Below, piece by piece: positions 21,999 through 31,640 of a stretch of DNA of 64,000 nt. The position numbers and the translations under genes were made by a program. Origin of the DNA: Methanocaldococcus indicus (GTDB lineage Archaea > AGJL01 > Methanococci > Methanococcales > Methanocaldococcaceae). Below the pieces are notes generated by a model. It saw only the letters and a list, made by a program, of their open reading frames with translations. It had not been told where the DNA came from and did no database searches. Position 1 is the first letter of the stretch, and each line of letters starts with the position of its first letter. Where the stretch lies: assembly GCF_049554935.1 (NCBI RefSeq), contig NZ_CP186926.1, positions 928,001-992,000 of the forward strand, in the 5' to 3' direction.

Positions 21999-22988
21999 TT
22001 AGTCTCCTCTAATTTGAAGTTTTTCTTCTAATTTCTCTATTTCTAAACCTTTCATTGGCATTCCTAACTCTCTACTAACTTCTGCTACAATCTCTGGTTT
22101 GTCATAGTTGTAAGTAGCTTCAACTATTGCCTTAGCCATTTTCAATGGATTAGATGATTTAAATATTCCTGAACCTACAAATATTCCATCACATCCTAAC
22201 ATCATCATTAAAGCTGCATCAGCTGGAGTTGCTATTCCTCCAGCAGCAAAATTAACTACTGGTAATCTACCTATCTTTTTAATTTCTAATAGTATCTTAT
22301 AAATTCCCTCAATTATCTCATTTAATGTAAAGTTATGATAAATTGGCTCACAGTCTAAGATTTCTCCTCCTAAACCTAAACTTTCTCTAACTTCTTTTGT
22401 TAATTGAGCATATCTATTAGCAAAGTTTTTAGCTATTTCATGTATAATCTCTTCATCATCAATTCTTTGTAGTTGTGAAATTGCTTCATTCATTAATCTC
22501 ATATGTCTTACAGCTTCTACAACATTTCCAGTTCCTGCCTCTCCCTTAGTTCTTATCATTGCTGCTCCTTCCCATATTCTTCTAACTGCCTCTCCTAAAT
22601 TTCTTGCTCCACATACAAATGGAACAGTGAAATCTTTTTTATATATATGGAAGTATGGGTCTGCTTGAGTTAAAACTTCACTCTCATCTATCATATCTAC
22701 TCCTATTGCCTCTAAAACTCTTGCCTCTGCAGTATGACCAATTCTACATTTAGCCATAACAGGAATTGAAACAGAGTCCATAATCTCCTCTATCAACTTA
22801 GGGTCAGACATTCTTGCTACTCCACCTTCTTTTCTAATATCTGCTGGCACTCTTTCCAAAGCCATAACTGCAACTGCTCCAGCTTCCTCAGCTATTTGAG
22901 CTTGCTCAACATTAGTAACATCCATAACTACTCCATGTTTAACCATTTTAGCAAATCCTTTCTTTAATAAATCAGTTCCTTTTTTCAT
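21999..22988 (-). CDS. pdxS: pyridoxal 5'-phosphate synthase lyase subunit
   Basis: [40 protein letters not shown]; carries an internal insertion. Confidence 0.97.
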   Translation of the reverse strand: MKKGTDLLKKGFAKMVKHGVVMDVTNVEQAQIAEEAGAVAVMALERVPADIRKEGGVARMSDPKLIEEIMDSVSIPVMAKCRIGHTAEARVLEAIGVDMIDESEVLTQADPYFHIYKKDFTVPFVCGARNLGEAVRRIWEGAAMIRTKGEAGTGNVVEAVRHMRLMNEAISQLQRIDDEEIIHEIAKNFANRYAQLTKEVRESLGLGGEILDCEPIYHNFTLNEIIEGIYKILLEIKKIGRLPVVNFAAGGIATPADAALMMMLGCDGIFVGSGIFKSSNPLKMAKAIVEATYNYDKPEIVAEVSRELGMPMKGLEIEKLEEKLQIRGD

Positions 22989-23073
22989 AATATCCCTCCA
23001 AAAGTATTCCAAAACTTATATAAATTTAAATTAACATAAGAAATATATATAAATAACCATTTGGGTGAGTAAA

Positions 23074-23982
23074 ATGATTCTATTTGAATGGGGAACATAC
23101 AATGCATTATCAACTTTAAAACAAGCTGCTTTATTGGGGACAAGAATAACAGAGATTCCTCCAGCAATGTTATCTAAAAAAATGGCTCCTGGATATTATG
23201 AAAGCTATAAAGCTTATGGAAAAGAGTTTTTTACAACCATCTTAGCTCATGGACCTTACTATCATCCTTTATCAGAAGGTGGTTTAAAAGGACATCTAAC
23301 TGCTATAGAGAGAGCTTCATTAGCTGGAGCGGAAATTTATAACTATCATTTAGGTGTTAGAAAAGGTAATGATTTTGATAAACATTTAGAAGTCTTAAAA
23401 AAATTCTATGAGAAAAATAAAGAAATGATTTACTCTATTGAGCCAGCAACTAATTATAATGAATTTGGAACTTTGGATGAATTAGAAGAGCTAATAATAT
23501 CTGCAAATGAGTTAGGAATTAAAGCTATTCCTGGCTTACAGTTAGAGAATATATTTTTAAGTGAATTAAATGTATATGAAACAGATGACTGGGAAGATGC
23601 AAAAGAAAAGGCAGATGTTAAGTTTTGGTTAAATATTTTTGAGAGATTTGATAAAATATCTAATATTATGCATTTTAGATTCTCACAAGTTATTGGGCTA
23701 AAATATAAAAACAGATTCTTTAAAAAGAGAGTCCCATTAGGTTATGGCTATCCTCCAATTGAACCATTATCTGAGGCATTAGCTATATATTTAGTGGATA
23801 ATGCATTAAAAAGAGGATTTAAAAAAGTAATCTTTGTATATACTGGACTACCAGAAGTTAAATATAAGGATTTAATAGATATATATGCATTAGTTATGAA
23901 AAAGGCAGTAGATAAGTTAATGAGAAGAGATGAGCAAATAGAATTTGGAGAATTTTACAAAAAAATGATTGAGGAGGAATAA
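23074..23982 (+). CDS. endonuclease IV-like TIM-barrel protein (degenerate metal site)
   Basis: HGPYY, YHLG, IEP, MHFRFS resemble archaeal Nfo motifs; several ligands appear substituted. Confidence 0.55.
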   Translation: MILFEWGTYNALSTLKQAALLGTRITEIPPAMLSKKMAPGYYESYKAYGKEFFTTILAHGPYYHPLSEGGLKGHLTAIERASLAGAEIYNYHLGVRKGNDFDKHLEVLKKFYEKNKEMIYSIEPATNYNEFGTLDELEELIISANELGIKAIPGLQLENIFLSELNVYETDDWEDAKEKADVKFWLNIFERFDKISNIMHFRFSQVIGLKYKNRFFKKRVPLGYGYPPIEPLSEALAIYLVDNALKRGFKKVIFVYTGLPEVKYKDLIDIYALVMKKAVDKLMRRDEQIEFGEFYKKMIEEE

Positions 23983-23983
23983 G

Positions 23984-24847
23984 ATGGGAATTAGTGATAT
24001 AAATAAGATTCCTGAAACTGTTGAACAGATGAGTAGTATTGATAAACTCTACTACAAAAGACTCTTACAATATATAAAAACTACACTAAAAATTGATGTT
24101 ACTCAATACAAAGATAATTATATCATTAGAAGATTAAAGGTTAGAATGAAAGCAACAAAGTGTAGCTCATTTAAAGAGTACTATGAATATTTAAGAACTC
24201 ATCCAGAAGAGAAAGAAAAATTAGAAGAAACATTAACAGTTAATGTAACTGAATTCTGGAGAGATATAACTGTCTATAAAGAATTAATGAAGATTATAGA
24301 CAATTTTATTAAGGATAAGAGTAGAAGAAAATTAAGAGTTTGGAGTGCAGGATGTTCTTCAGGAGAAGAGCCTTATGGAGTAGCTATAATAATTTTAGAG
24401 TCTATGAAAAAGAACAACAGAAAAATGTTTGATGCAAAAATAACAGGAACTGATATTGACAAAGAAGTTTTAAATAAAGCAAGAAGAGGAGTATATCATA
24501 TAAAACAATTAAGAAATCTTCCTGCCAATATTATTCAAAAATATTTTACTAAACTAAATGATGAGGAGTATATGATTAAGCCAGAAGTTAAGAGATTAGT
24601 AACATTTAAGATTCATGATTTGATTAAAGACCCTCCATTAAAAAATATGGATATTGTTATGTGTAGGAATGTTATAATCTACTTTGATAAAAAAACACAA
24701 GCTGAATTATTTTTAAAGTTCTATGAAGCCCTAAATCCAGGAGGGTTTTTAATATTAGGAAAAACTGAAATACTACATGGAAAAGCAAAAGAATTATTTA
24801 AGACATATAATGCAAGAGAAAGAATCTATCAAAAACCTTTAGAATAA
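23984..24847 (+). CDS. cheR: chemotaxis protein-glutamate O-methyltransferase CheR
   Basis: LTVNVTEFWRD, VWSAGCSSGEEPY, GTDID, CRNVIIYF. Confidence 0.95.
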   Translation: MGISDINKIPETVEQMSSIDKLYYKRLLQYIKTTLKIDVTQYKDNYIIRRLKVRMKATKCSSFKEYYEYLRTHPEEKEKLEETLTVNVTEFWRDITVYKELMKIIDNFIKDKSRRKLRVWSAGCSSGEEPYGVAIIILESMKKNNRKMFDAKITGTDIDKEVLNKARRGVYHIKQLRNLPANIIQKYFTKLNDEEYMIKPEVKRLVTFKIHDLIKDPPLKNMDIVMCRNVIIYFDKKTQAELFLKFYEALNPGGFLILGKTEILHGKAKELFKTYNARERIYQKPLE

Positions 24848-25447
24848 TTTATCTAATCTTTCTAGTGATTCTGGTTCAATAATTATTAATAGATAACATT
24901 TTAATGGAAATCTTCCAATAATCTCAATTTTATTATCAAACAATAGGACAATATCAGTCTTTTCAGCAACTTCAGCAATTAATGCCTCTACTATACTAAA
25001 ACCAATATCTTTTATAAATTCTGGAGGAGTTATGTTAATAGTTCCATTCAATCTGTTTGCAAATACATTTAAGAATGAGGATATTACAATATTTCCAACT
25101 TCATTAATTAATGATTTCTCCATCTCTTCATAATCAGGTAGTTGTTCTTTATGAACTAAGCTATCCCATAATATATCTAATAAAAGTAATTTTTCTAACT
25201 TTACAGAATCTTGCTCAGGAATTAAAATTAAACTTTTACCTTTTAATATCCCATTAAAGTCAATTCTTGCGGCTTTATAATTTATATCACCAAATTGTTC
25301 TGGAACATATTCAATTAGTGCAAATCTTAACCCTAAGAAATAGACCTCTACATTTTCCCCAGTCAATTCCATAAATGCATTTGCCATATTTTCAGAAGCT
25401 TCCCTTCCAATCTCAATAAGTTTATTTATAGGTTCAAGCAAACTCAT
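24839..25447 (-). CDS. cheC: chemotaxis phosphatase CheC-family protein
   Basis: SLINEVGNI active-site motif, ITPP motif, CheC length and fold pattern. Confidence 0.8.
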   Translation of the reverse strand: MSLLEPINKLIEIGREASENMANAFMELTGENVEVYFLGLRFALIEYVPEQFGDINYKAARIDFNGILKGKSLILIPEQDSVKLEKLLLLDILWDSLVHKEQLPDYEEMEKSLINEVGNIVISSFLNVFANRLNGTINITPPEFIKDIGFSIVEALIAEVAEKTDIVLLFDNKIEIIGRFPLKCYLLIIIEPESLERLDKLF

Positions 25448-25519
25448 AACAAACCCCACACATCAATAATCTTTTTTACATTTAACTCTTTTACTTTTAG
25501 ATTATATAAAATTTGTGTT

Positions 25520-26497
25520 TTATAGTCCAATTAATGCTAATATATAAGCTAAAGCTCCAATAATAATTAAAGTGAATGAGACATTATAGAGTTCCTTAAA
25601 TGTTAAGAATGGAGAAAATGCCTTAACAATGCCAGCAAATATAGCTAAAATTAATGAAACAACTATATTAATAATTAGAGATATAGGATTTTCAAATGTT
25701 GGAGGACAACCTAAATAGATAGTTGAGAATAAAGAACCTAAAACAATAATTAAAAATTCATATCCACATAAATATAGAGCTCTATATTTAGCTATTAACT
25801 CCATACTTGTTCCATCTATTACATCAGCTTTTGTGTGAGTTATTGAAAATGGATACTCTTTTATCATAATTAAGTAGCTAATGAAAAAAATTAATGCTCC
25901 TAATAACCCAGATAAAGAAAGTATAAATGGAGTTTTTAAATTTGATAGATATATTGTCTTACTTACAAAGAATGGTAAAAATAAGGATATATAAAATGGA
26001 AATGAGGCAATTGTTATAAATTTGTAGTTTCTAATAGCAGATAACTGCTCTAAGGATATTTTATTTATTCCAATATATTTAGCTCCTTTACATTCATCAA
26101 TATAAGGCATTCTAAATCCCATAATTGAGCAAGATAGAGAACCTTTAATTACATAAAATAACTCTTCAAGCTTTAAAATTCCTGCAATAAAGATAATATT
26201 TGACAAAATAGATATATTAAGAGTAGTTGCAACTAATAATACCCATAATATGATAATGGATAACATTGGAAAAATATTATAAACATTTGGAAGTATGGCA
26301 TCTGGCTTTTTTATTTCTTTATATATAAACTTAAAAAATGCCCAAAATCCAGGGGCTAATATACTTGGTCCTACTCTCCACTGTATTCTTGCTTGAATCT
26401 TTCTCTGAATTCCTGGAATTAATGTTGATAAAACAAAATATATTGATGGAATACCGACAATGGATAAGAAATAGTAAAGATAATAGTAGAGCTCCAT
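25520..26497 (-). CDS. ehbO: energy-converting hydrogenase B membrane subunit (NuoH-like)
   Basis: RKIQARIQWRVGP motif, multiple TM helices, adjacent to the small subunit. Confidence 0.8.
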   Translation of the reverse strand: MELYYYLYYFLSIVGIPSIYFVLSTLIPGIQRKIQARIQWRVGPSILAPGFWAFFKFIYKEIKKPDAILPNVYNIFPMLSIIILWVLLVATTLNISILSNIIFIAGILKLEELFYVIKGSLSCSIMGFRMPYIDECKGAKYIGINKISLEQLSAIRNYKFITIASFPFYISLFLPFFVSKTIYLSNLKTPFILSLSGLLGALIFFISYLIMIKEYPFSITHTKADVIDGTSMELIAKYRALYLCGYEFLIIVLGSLFSTIYLGCPPTFENPISLIINIVVSLILAIFAGIVKAFSPFLTFKELYNVSFTLIIIGALAYILALIGL

Positions 26498-26943
26498 TAT
26501 TTCTCCTCTAAGAGTTTTTTAACAGCTTTAACAATTCCACTAATAATTTCTTCTGGACTTGGAGAGCATCCTGGGACTTTAACATCAACAGGAATAATAT
26601 TTTCCAAAGGTCCATCAATAAAATCTGATGTTCCTAAATCCCCTCCAATGTTTTTATACACTCCTCCCATAATAGCACATGAACCAATAGCAACAACAAC
26701 CTTTGGCTCAGGAATCTTTTCATAAATCTTTTTTAATGAGTTAGTAACAAACTTTGTTATACATCCACTAACTATCAAAATATCTGCTTCTCTTGGATTA
26801 AATGTTAAAAAAACATTGTATTGTTCTGCATCATAGTAAGGAGAAAAAACTGCATTGACTGTTTCAATATCACAAGCATTACATCCTCCAGTAGATACAA
26901 GCATTATATGAATACAGTTTTTCCGTGATGTCTTTTTTAGCAT
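26497..26943 (-). CDS. ehbM: energy-converting hydrogenase B small subunit (NuoB-like)
   Basis: GGCNACDIE, NPREADIL, AIGSCA, VPGCSP. Confidence 0.85.
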   Translation of the reverse strand: MLKKTSRKNCIHIMLVSTGGCNACDIETVNAVFSPYYDAEQYNVFLTFNPREADILIVSGCITKFVTNSLKKIYEKIPEPKVVVAIGSCAIMGGVYKNIGGDLGTSDFIDGPLENIIPVDVKVPGCSPSPEEIISGIVKAVKKLLEEK

Positions 26944-27137
26944 AAATATACCCAATCTGTCATTATTAATAATGATAATTTTACAGTAACATTATTTATA
27001 TTTTATTTCCAATTATATTTATAAATCCAATTATATAAAAATATGCTATTAGGAAATCTAAATAGTAATTGTTATATTCTATAATCTAATTAAATTTATA
27101 ATACCTACATTAAATTTCTTAATGTAGGTGATAGCTA

Positions 27138-28712
27138 ATGAAAAAGATAGGGATTGTCGCAGTATTTGTAATGATTCTACTCTCTGTTTTTACAGCAGGT
27201 TGTGTAGGAAATCAAAGTAACTCAAAAGTAGAAATAAATGAAATGCCTGCTAAAAGTATAGAAGCTAAAAGTGCAGAAAATAACATTCCAAAAGCTAAAA
27301 GTGTTATTATCTTCATTGGAGATGGGATGGGAATAAATCAAGTATATTTAGCAAACAGATATTCTGAGGAGGTTTATGGGAAGAATTTAACATTTCCATA
27401 TGTAACTAATAATACTGGATTAATGACAACATACTCATTAGGACATGATGTTACAGATTCTGCAGCTGCAGCAGTAGCAATGTTCTCAGGATATAAGACC
27501 AAAAATAGAATGGTAAATATGCTTCCTGATGGTAAAATACCTAAAAAAATCTTATCAGAAATATTTAAAGAAGAAGGTAAGTCAGTTGGAATTATAACAA
27601 CTACAAGAATTACACATGCTACACCAGCAGCAATGTATGCACATGTAAAAGATAGAGGGGAAGAGGATAAAATTGCTGAACAGCTTTTAGAATTTGAGCC
27701 AGATGTTGCACTTGGTGGAGGATTAGAGTACTTTATACCAAAAGATGAAAAAGGAAGTAAAAGAAAAGACAATAAGAATCTTATTGAAGAATTTAAAAAG
27801 AAGGGTTATACTATTGTTTATAATAAAGAAGAGTTAGAAAAAGTAAATCCAGAAAATACTAAAAAATTATTAGGATTGTTTTCAATGTCCCATATGGCTT
27901 ATGAGATAGATAGAGAAAATATTCCTGAATATCAAAATCAACCATCATTGGCTGAAATGACTAAAAAAGCATTAGAAATATTAGATAAAAATCCTAATGG
28001 TTTTATCTTAATGGTTGAAGGAGGAAGAATAGACCATGGATATCACACTCATGATATAAAAGCAGCAGTTGTAGATGTTAAAGCGTTTGATGACGCTATA
28101 AAAGTAGCTTTAGATTATCAAAAGAAGCATCCAGATACTCTAATTGTTATAACAGCAGACCATGAGACTGGTGGTTTATCTATTGGTAGAGGTACATGTT
28201 CTTATGCAGATTCCTCATCAGGGGCAGTAAGTTATAAAGAAAATGTTAGTGCAGTTAAGAATGTCAAATGTAGTGTAAAGTATTTAGTTAAAAGGATATT
28301 AGCAGATAACTTAAGTAAGGATGAAACTGTTAAGTTTATTGAAAAAATGTGGGGTACTAAACTAACAGACAAAGAAAAAGAACTCTTATTTAAATATCCA
28401 TTAGATTCAAAAATAACAGATAAGGTAATATTAAGTTATTATCCAAGAGTTAATGAATACTTAGATAACTGGGGAGAGTATGCTTTATCTAAAATAGAAA
28501 GTGATAGGTCAAGAGTCTATTGGACAGCTTATGGACATACACAAAATCCTGTAGCTGTTTGGGCTATTGGTCCAGGTGAAGAGTTGTTTAGAGGATTCTA
28601 TGACAATACAGATATATATACAAAAATCCTTGAAGCTTCAGAAGGAAACTATACTCACATTCCTTGCTCATCTTGTGTAGATTCAGCTCTTCTAATAGCA
28701 GCAGTTAATTAA
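27138..28712 (+). CDS. phoA: alkaline phosphatase, lipoprotein-type signal
   Basis: IFIGDGMG, VTDSAAAA (catalytic Ser), THATPA, VEGGRIDH, TADHETG, GHT; TAGC lipobox-like motif. Confidence 0.92.
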   Translation: MKKIGIVAVFVMILLSVFTAGCVGNQSNSKVEINEMPAKSIEAKSAENNIPKAKSVIIFIGDGMGINQVYLANRYSEEVYGKNLTFPYVTNNTGLMTTYSLGHDVTDSAAAAVAMFSGYKTKNRMVNMLPDGKIPKKILSEIFKEEGKSVGIITTTRITHATPAAMYAHVKDRGEEDKIAEQLLEFEPDVALGGGLEYFIPKDEKGSKRKDNKNLIEEFKKKGYTIVYNKEELEKVNPENTKKLLGLFSMSHMAYEIDRENIPEYQNQPSLAEMTKKALEILDKNPNGFILMVEGGRIDHGYHTHDIKAAVVDVKAFDDAIKVALDYQKKHPDTLIVITADHETGGLSIGRGTCSYADSSSGAVSYKENVSAVKNVKCSVKYLVKRILADNLSKDETVKFIEKMWGTKLTDKEKELLFKYPLDSKITDKVILSYYPRVNEYLDNWGEYALSKIESDRSRVYWTAYGHTQNPVAVWAIGPGEELFRGFYDNTDIYTKILEASEGNYTHIPCSSCVDSALLIAAVN

Positions 28713-28717
28713 TGAAT

Positions 28718-30013
28718 CTATTTTATTTTATTTTTAATATTAAATGTTCTTTTACATCTATATTTATAGCATATTTCAAATATTAAAGCTCCTAAAAATA
28801 CAACAACAGTTCCTATGAATGATTTTATATTATTTGTTAGTTGATAATATTGTAAGATTAAAAATATAGACAATATAACTATAAAGTTGAATAATATAAT
28901 TTTTCTATTTCCACCAACTTCATCAGCAAGTTTATAGTGGGAGAGAATAACACATAAGTAAATAACCATAAATACACTACTAATTATATTTGCTACTCCT
29001 CCTATTTTAAATAATAGTGCAAACAACAATCCTAAAATTGCAGTTATATATAGTCCTTCAGTTGATTTGAACCATACTTTTCTCTCAAAAAATTCAGGGA
29101 GTTCTCCATCTTTTGCTAATGAATATGCTACATTTGCACCTCCATATATAGTAGCATTCATAGCTGATGATATAGAGAAAATAGCTCCAATAGATATAAG
29201 TAAGAATCCTAATTCTCCTAAAAATGGCTTTGCAGCAATAGCAAGAGCATTCTCAGAGTATTTTATAATCTCTTCTATTGGCAAATTACCTATTGCAGTT
29301 ATAGCTACTCCAACATAAATAAACATAACCAATAGAATACTTATATATATAGCTAAAGGAACATTTTTAGTAGGATTTTCAATATGTTCAGATGCATTGG
29401 TTACAACACCAAATCCCATATATGATAAAAAGAATACAGCAGATGCAAATAAAGTTCCATAAAGATATTTTGGCTCTGTTGAAGGAATTAGATATGATAG
29501 ATGTAGAGTAAATAATCCACCTATAATGAACAATAGTAGAATAGTTAGTTTAATCAAAACTATAAAAAATTCAGCTCTTCCAACAGCTTTAGAACCAAAA
29601 AAGTTTAATGCTGTGAATAAAGCAACAATTCCAACCTCAGCCAAAGCTACATTTAGTGGAGTATATGGTAAATTAACTAATGGTAAGAAGTATCCAGCAA
29701 AACCATGAGCAAATAGAGCTATAGATATAACATAACTTAACCATAGTAATATACTTAATACCCCTGTTATAATAGAATCTCCAAAAGCTTTATGGATATA
29801 GGCAATAGGACCAGCATTTGATACAATTTTACTTCCAAGTTTTCCATATGAATATGCAACTAAAAGAGCATATATTCCAGAAAGAATAAAGGATATTGGT
29901 AAATTTCTACCAGCTATTTTTACACCAACACCAAAAATAGAGAATATACTTGCACCAATCATAACTCCAACAGCCATTGCAACTGCTTCATATAATGTCA
30001 ACTTTTTGGACAT
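28718..30013 (-). CDS. APC-family amino acid transporter (ApcT-like)
   Basis: AVGVMIGASIFS, FLSYMGF, AKDGELP; ~12 TM segments. Confidence 0.9.
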   Translation of the reverse strand: MSKKLTLYEAVAMAVGVMIGASIFSIFGVGVKIAGRNLPISFILSGIYALLVAYSYGKLGSKIVSNAGPIAYIHKAFGDSIITGVLSILLWLSYVISIALFAHGFAGYFLPLVNLPYTPLNVALAEVGIVALFTALNFFGSKAVGRAEFFIVLIKLTILLLFIIGGLFTLHLSYLIPSTEPKYLYGTLFASAVFFLSYMGFGVVTNASEHIENPTKNVPLAIYISILLVMFIYVGVAITAIGNLPIEEIIKYSENALAIAAKPFLGELGFLLISIGAIFSISSAMNATIYGGANVAYSLAKDGELPEFFERKVWFKSTEGLYITAILGLLFALLFKIGGVANIISSVFMVIYLCVILSHYKLADEVGGNRKIILFNFIVILSIFLILQYYQLTNNIKSFIGTVVVFLGALIFEICYKYRCKRTFNIKNKIK

Positions 30014-30120
30014 ATTATCACAATTTTTAGAATTTTAGAGATTTTATTTGGATTATTTAATTATTTATTTAACATATGAACTATATAATATATATTAATG
30101 AAATTTTAAAGGTGTAAATT

Positions 30121-30879
30121 ATGAGAATTGAACTAAAACTAAAAACTGATAAATTTACAGTTATTCCATACAACCATCAATACTACTTAGCATCAGCAAT
30201 ATATAATAAGTTGCAATCAGCCAATCCAATTTATGCTGAAAAACTTCATAACTACAAAAAATTCAAATTTTTTACTTTTTCATTACTACAAGTAAAGAGA
30301 AGAGTTATAAGAAAGGAAGGTATTGAAACAATTGATGGTAATGTATATTTATATTTATCATCTCCAAAAAGTGATTTTATTGAGAACTTTGTTTCTGGAT
30401 TGTTAGATGATGGCTCTTTAAAAGTAGGAAATATTAATTTTTATGTTGATAAAGCAAAGGTTTTAAAAGTCCCTGAAAAATTTGAGATATTTAAAACAAT
30501 ATCTCCTATATATCTAAAAACAAAAATTGAAGACAATGGAAAATTAAAAGATTATGACCTACTTCCAAATCATTCTAAATTTTATGAAAACTTAAAAAAC
30601 AATTTAAAGAGAAAATATGAGCACTTTTACAATAAAAAGTGTGATTTGGATTTTGATTTTGAAATTTTAAAGTATAAATCTAAAAGGATGAAAATTAAAA
30701 ATGTTTATTGTAGATGCTCAGAATTAGTTTTTAAAGTTTGGGGAGATTATGAGCTTTTAAAATTTGGATATGAATGTGGATTTGGAGAAAAAAATAGTAT
30801 GGGATTTGGAATGGTTGTTAATACAAAAGATAAAGACACTGTCAAGTTAACGACTTCAACCAATTGTAGAACATCATGA
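30121..30879 (+). CDS. cas6: CRISPR endoribonuclease Cas6 (last residues supplied by IS6 sequence)
   Basis: IPYNHQY, FKFFTFS, G-rich loop [11 protein letters not shown]. Confidence 0.95.
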   Translation: MRIELKLKTDKFTVIPYNHQYYLASAIYNKLQSANPIYAEKLHNYKKFKFFTFSLLQVKRRVIRKEGIETIDGNVYLYLSSPKSDFIENFVSGLLDDGSLKVGNINFYVDKAKVLKVPEKFEIFKTISPIYLKTKIEDNGKLKDYDLLPNHSKFYENLKNNLKRKYEHFYNKKCDLDFDFEILKYKSKRMKIKNVYCRCSELVFKVWGDYELLKFGYECGFGEKNSMGFGMVVNTKDKDTVKLTTSTNCRTS

Positions 30880-31536
30880 AACTTTTAATCCAGCTAACAA
30901 CTGTATCGAATTTGCTGTTATTAGGAAACCTATTATAAAATGCTTTAGTTCTTCGTTTGAGTAGTGAGAAAAAGCTTTCTACACAATTTCTCAGTCCGAA
31001 TCTGACTCTTTCAAATTCTAAACCCAATCTTTGCAATGCCCACGGATACCATCTTCCACCATCGACCAAAATCTTCGGCTTATTAGAGCAAAATTTTAAT
31101 ATACTCTTAACGAATAATATAGTATCGAGGCAGTTTCTTGTTTCAGAAACATAAACTCCCAAGCACTCTTTCGATTCAACATCAATAGCAGACCATACGT
31201 AAATATTTTCATTTCCAATCTTTAGTTTGGTCTCATCGATTGCAATTGCGTATCTTTCCTTTCTTTTAGGTTCGTTTAAAACATCTTTAATCTTGTGATA
31301 ATAAGTCCTAACCGACTCATGGCTTATACTTTCGAATTGGGAAAGAAACAAACTTACCTTCCTCAACGATAGTCCAAGATAATACAAAATCCCAGCTAAG
31401 ATTTTAACTTCTATCGACTTCTTATTCCTTTTAAAAATCTTCTCCTCTTCGATTCTCTCCTTTAAGACTTCTATCGTGAGCTTCATATTTTATTATTTTT
31501 TATCAATTATTAATAAAAGCTTAACTTGACACTCTC
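30835..31536 (-). mobile_element. IS6-family insertion sequence, 702 bp
   Basis: 16-bp TIRs GACACTGTCAAGTTAA (30835-30850) and TTAACTTGACACTCTC (31521-31536), 2 mismatches; direct repeat AAAGATAAA at 30826-30834 and 31537-31545. Confidence 0.95.
30842..31486 (-). CDS. IS6-family DDE transposase
   Basis: [22 protein letters not shown] triad; LSLRKV HTH. Confidence 0.93.
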   Translation of the reverse strand: MKLTIEVLKERIEEEKIFKRNKKSIEVKILAGILYYLGLSLRKVSLFLSQFESISHESVRTYYHKIKDVLNEPKRKERYAIAIDETKLKIGNENIYVWSAIDVESKECLGVYVSETRNCLDTILFVKSILKFCSNKPKILVDGGRWYPWALQRLGLEFERVRFGLRNCVESFFSLLKRRTKAFYNRFPNNSKFDTVVSWIKSFMMFYNWLKSLT

Positions 31537-31640
31537 AAAGATAAAAATAGAAAAAGATAAATAGATATGAATATAACATAAAATTATAATAACAACAAAA
31601 TCATTTAAATTAACAAATTATAATTATATTTGGTGAATTC

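Noticed and set aside
22300-22440. Insertion in PdxS
   Set aside because: No intein motifs; it appears to be the lineage-typical insertion of Methanococcales PdxS.
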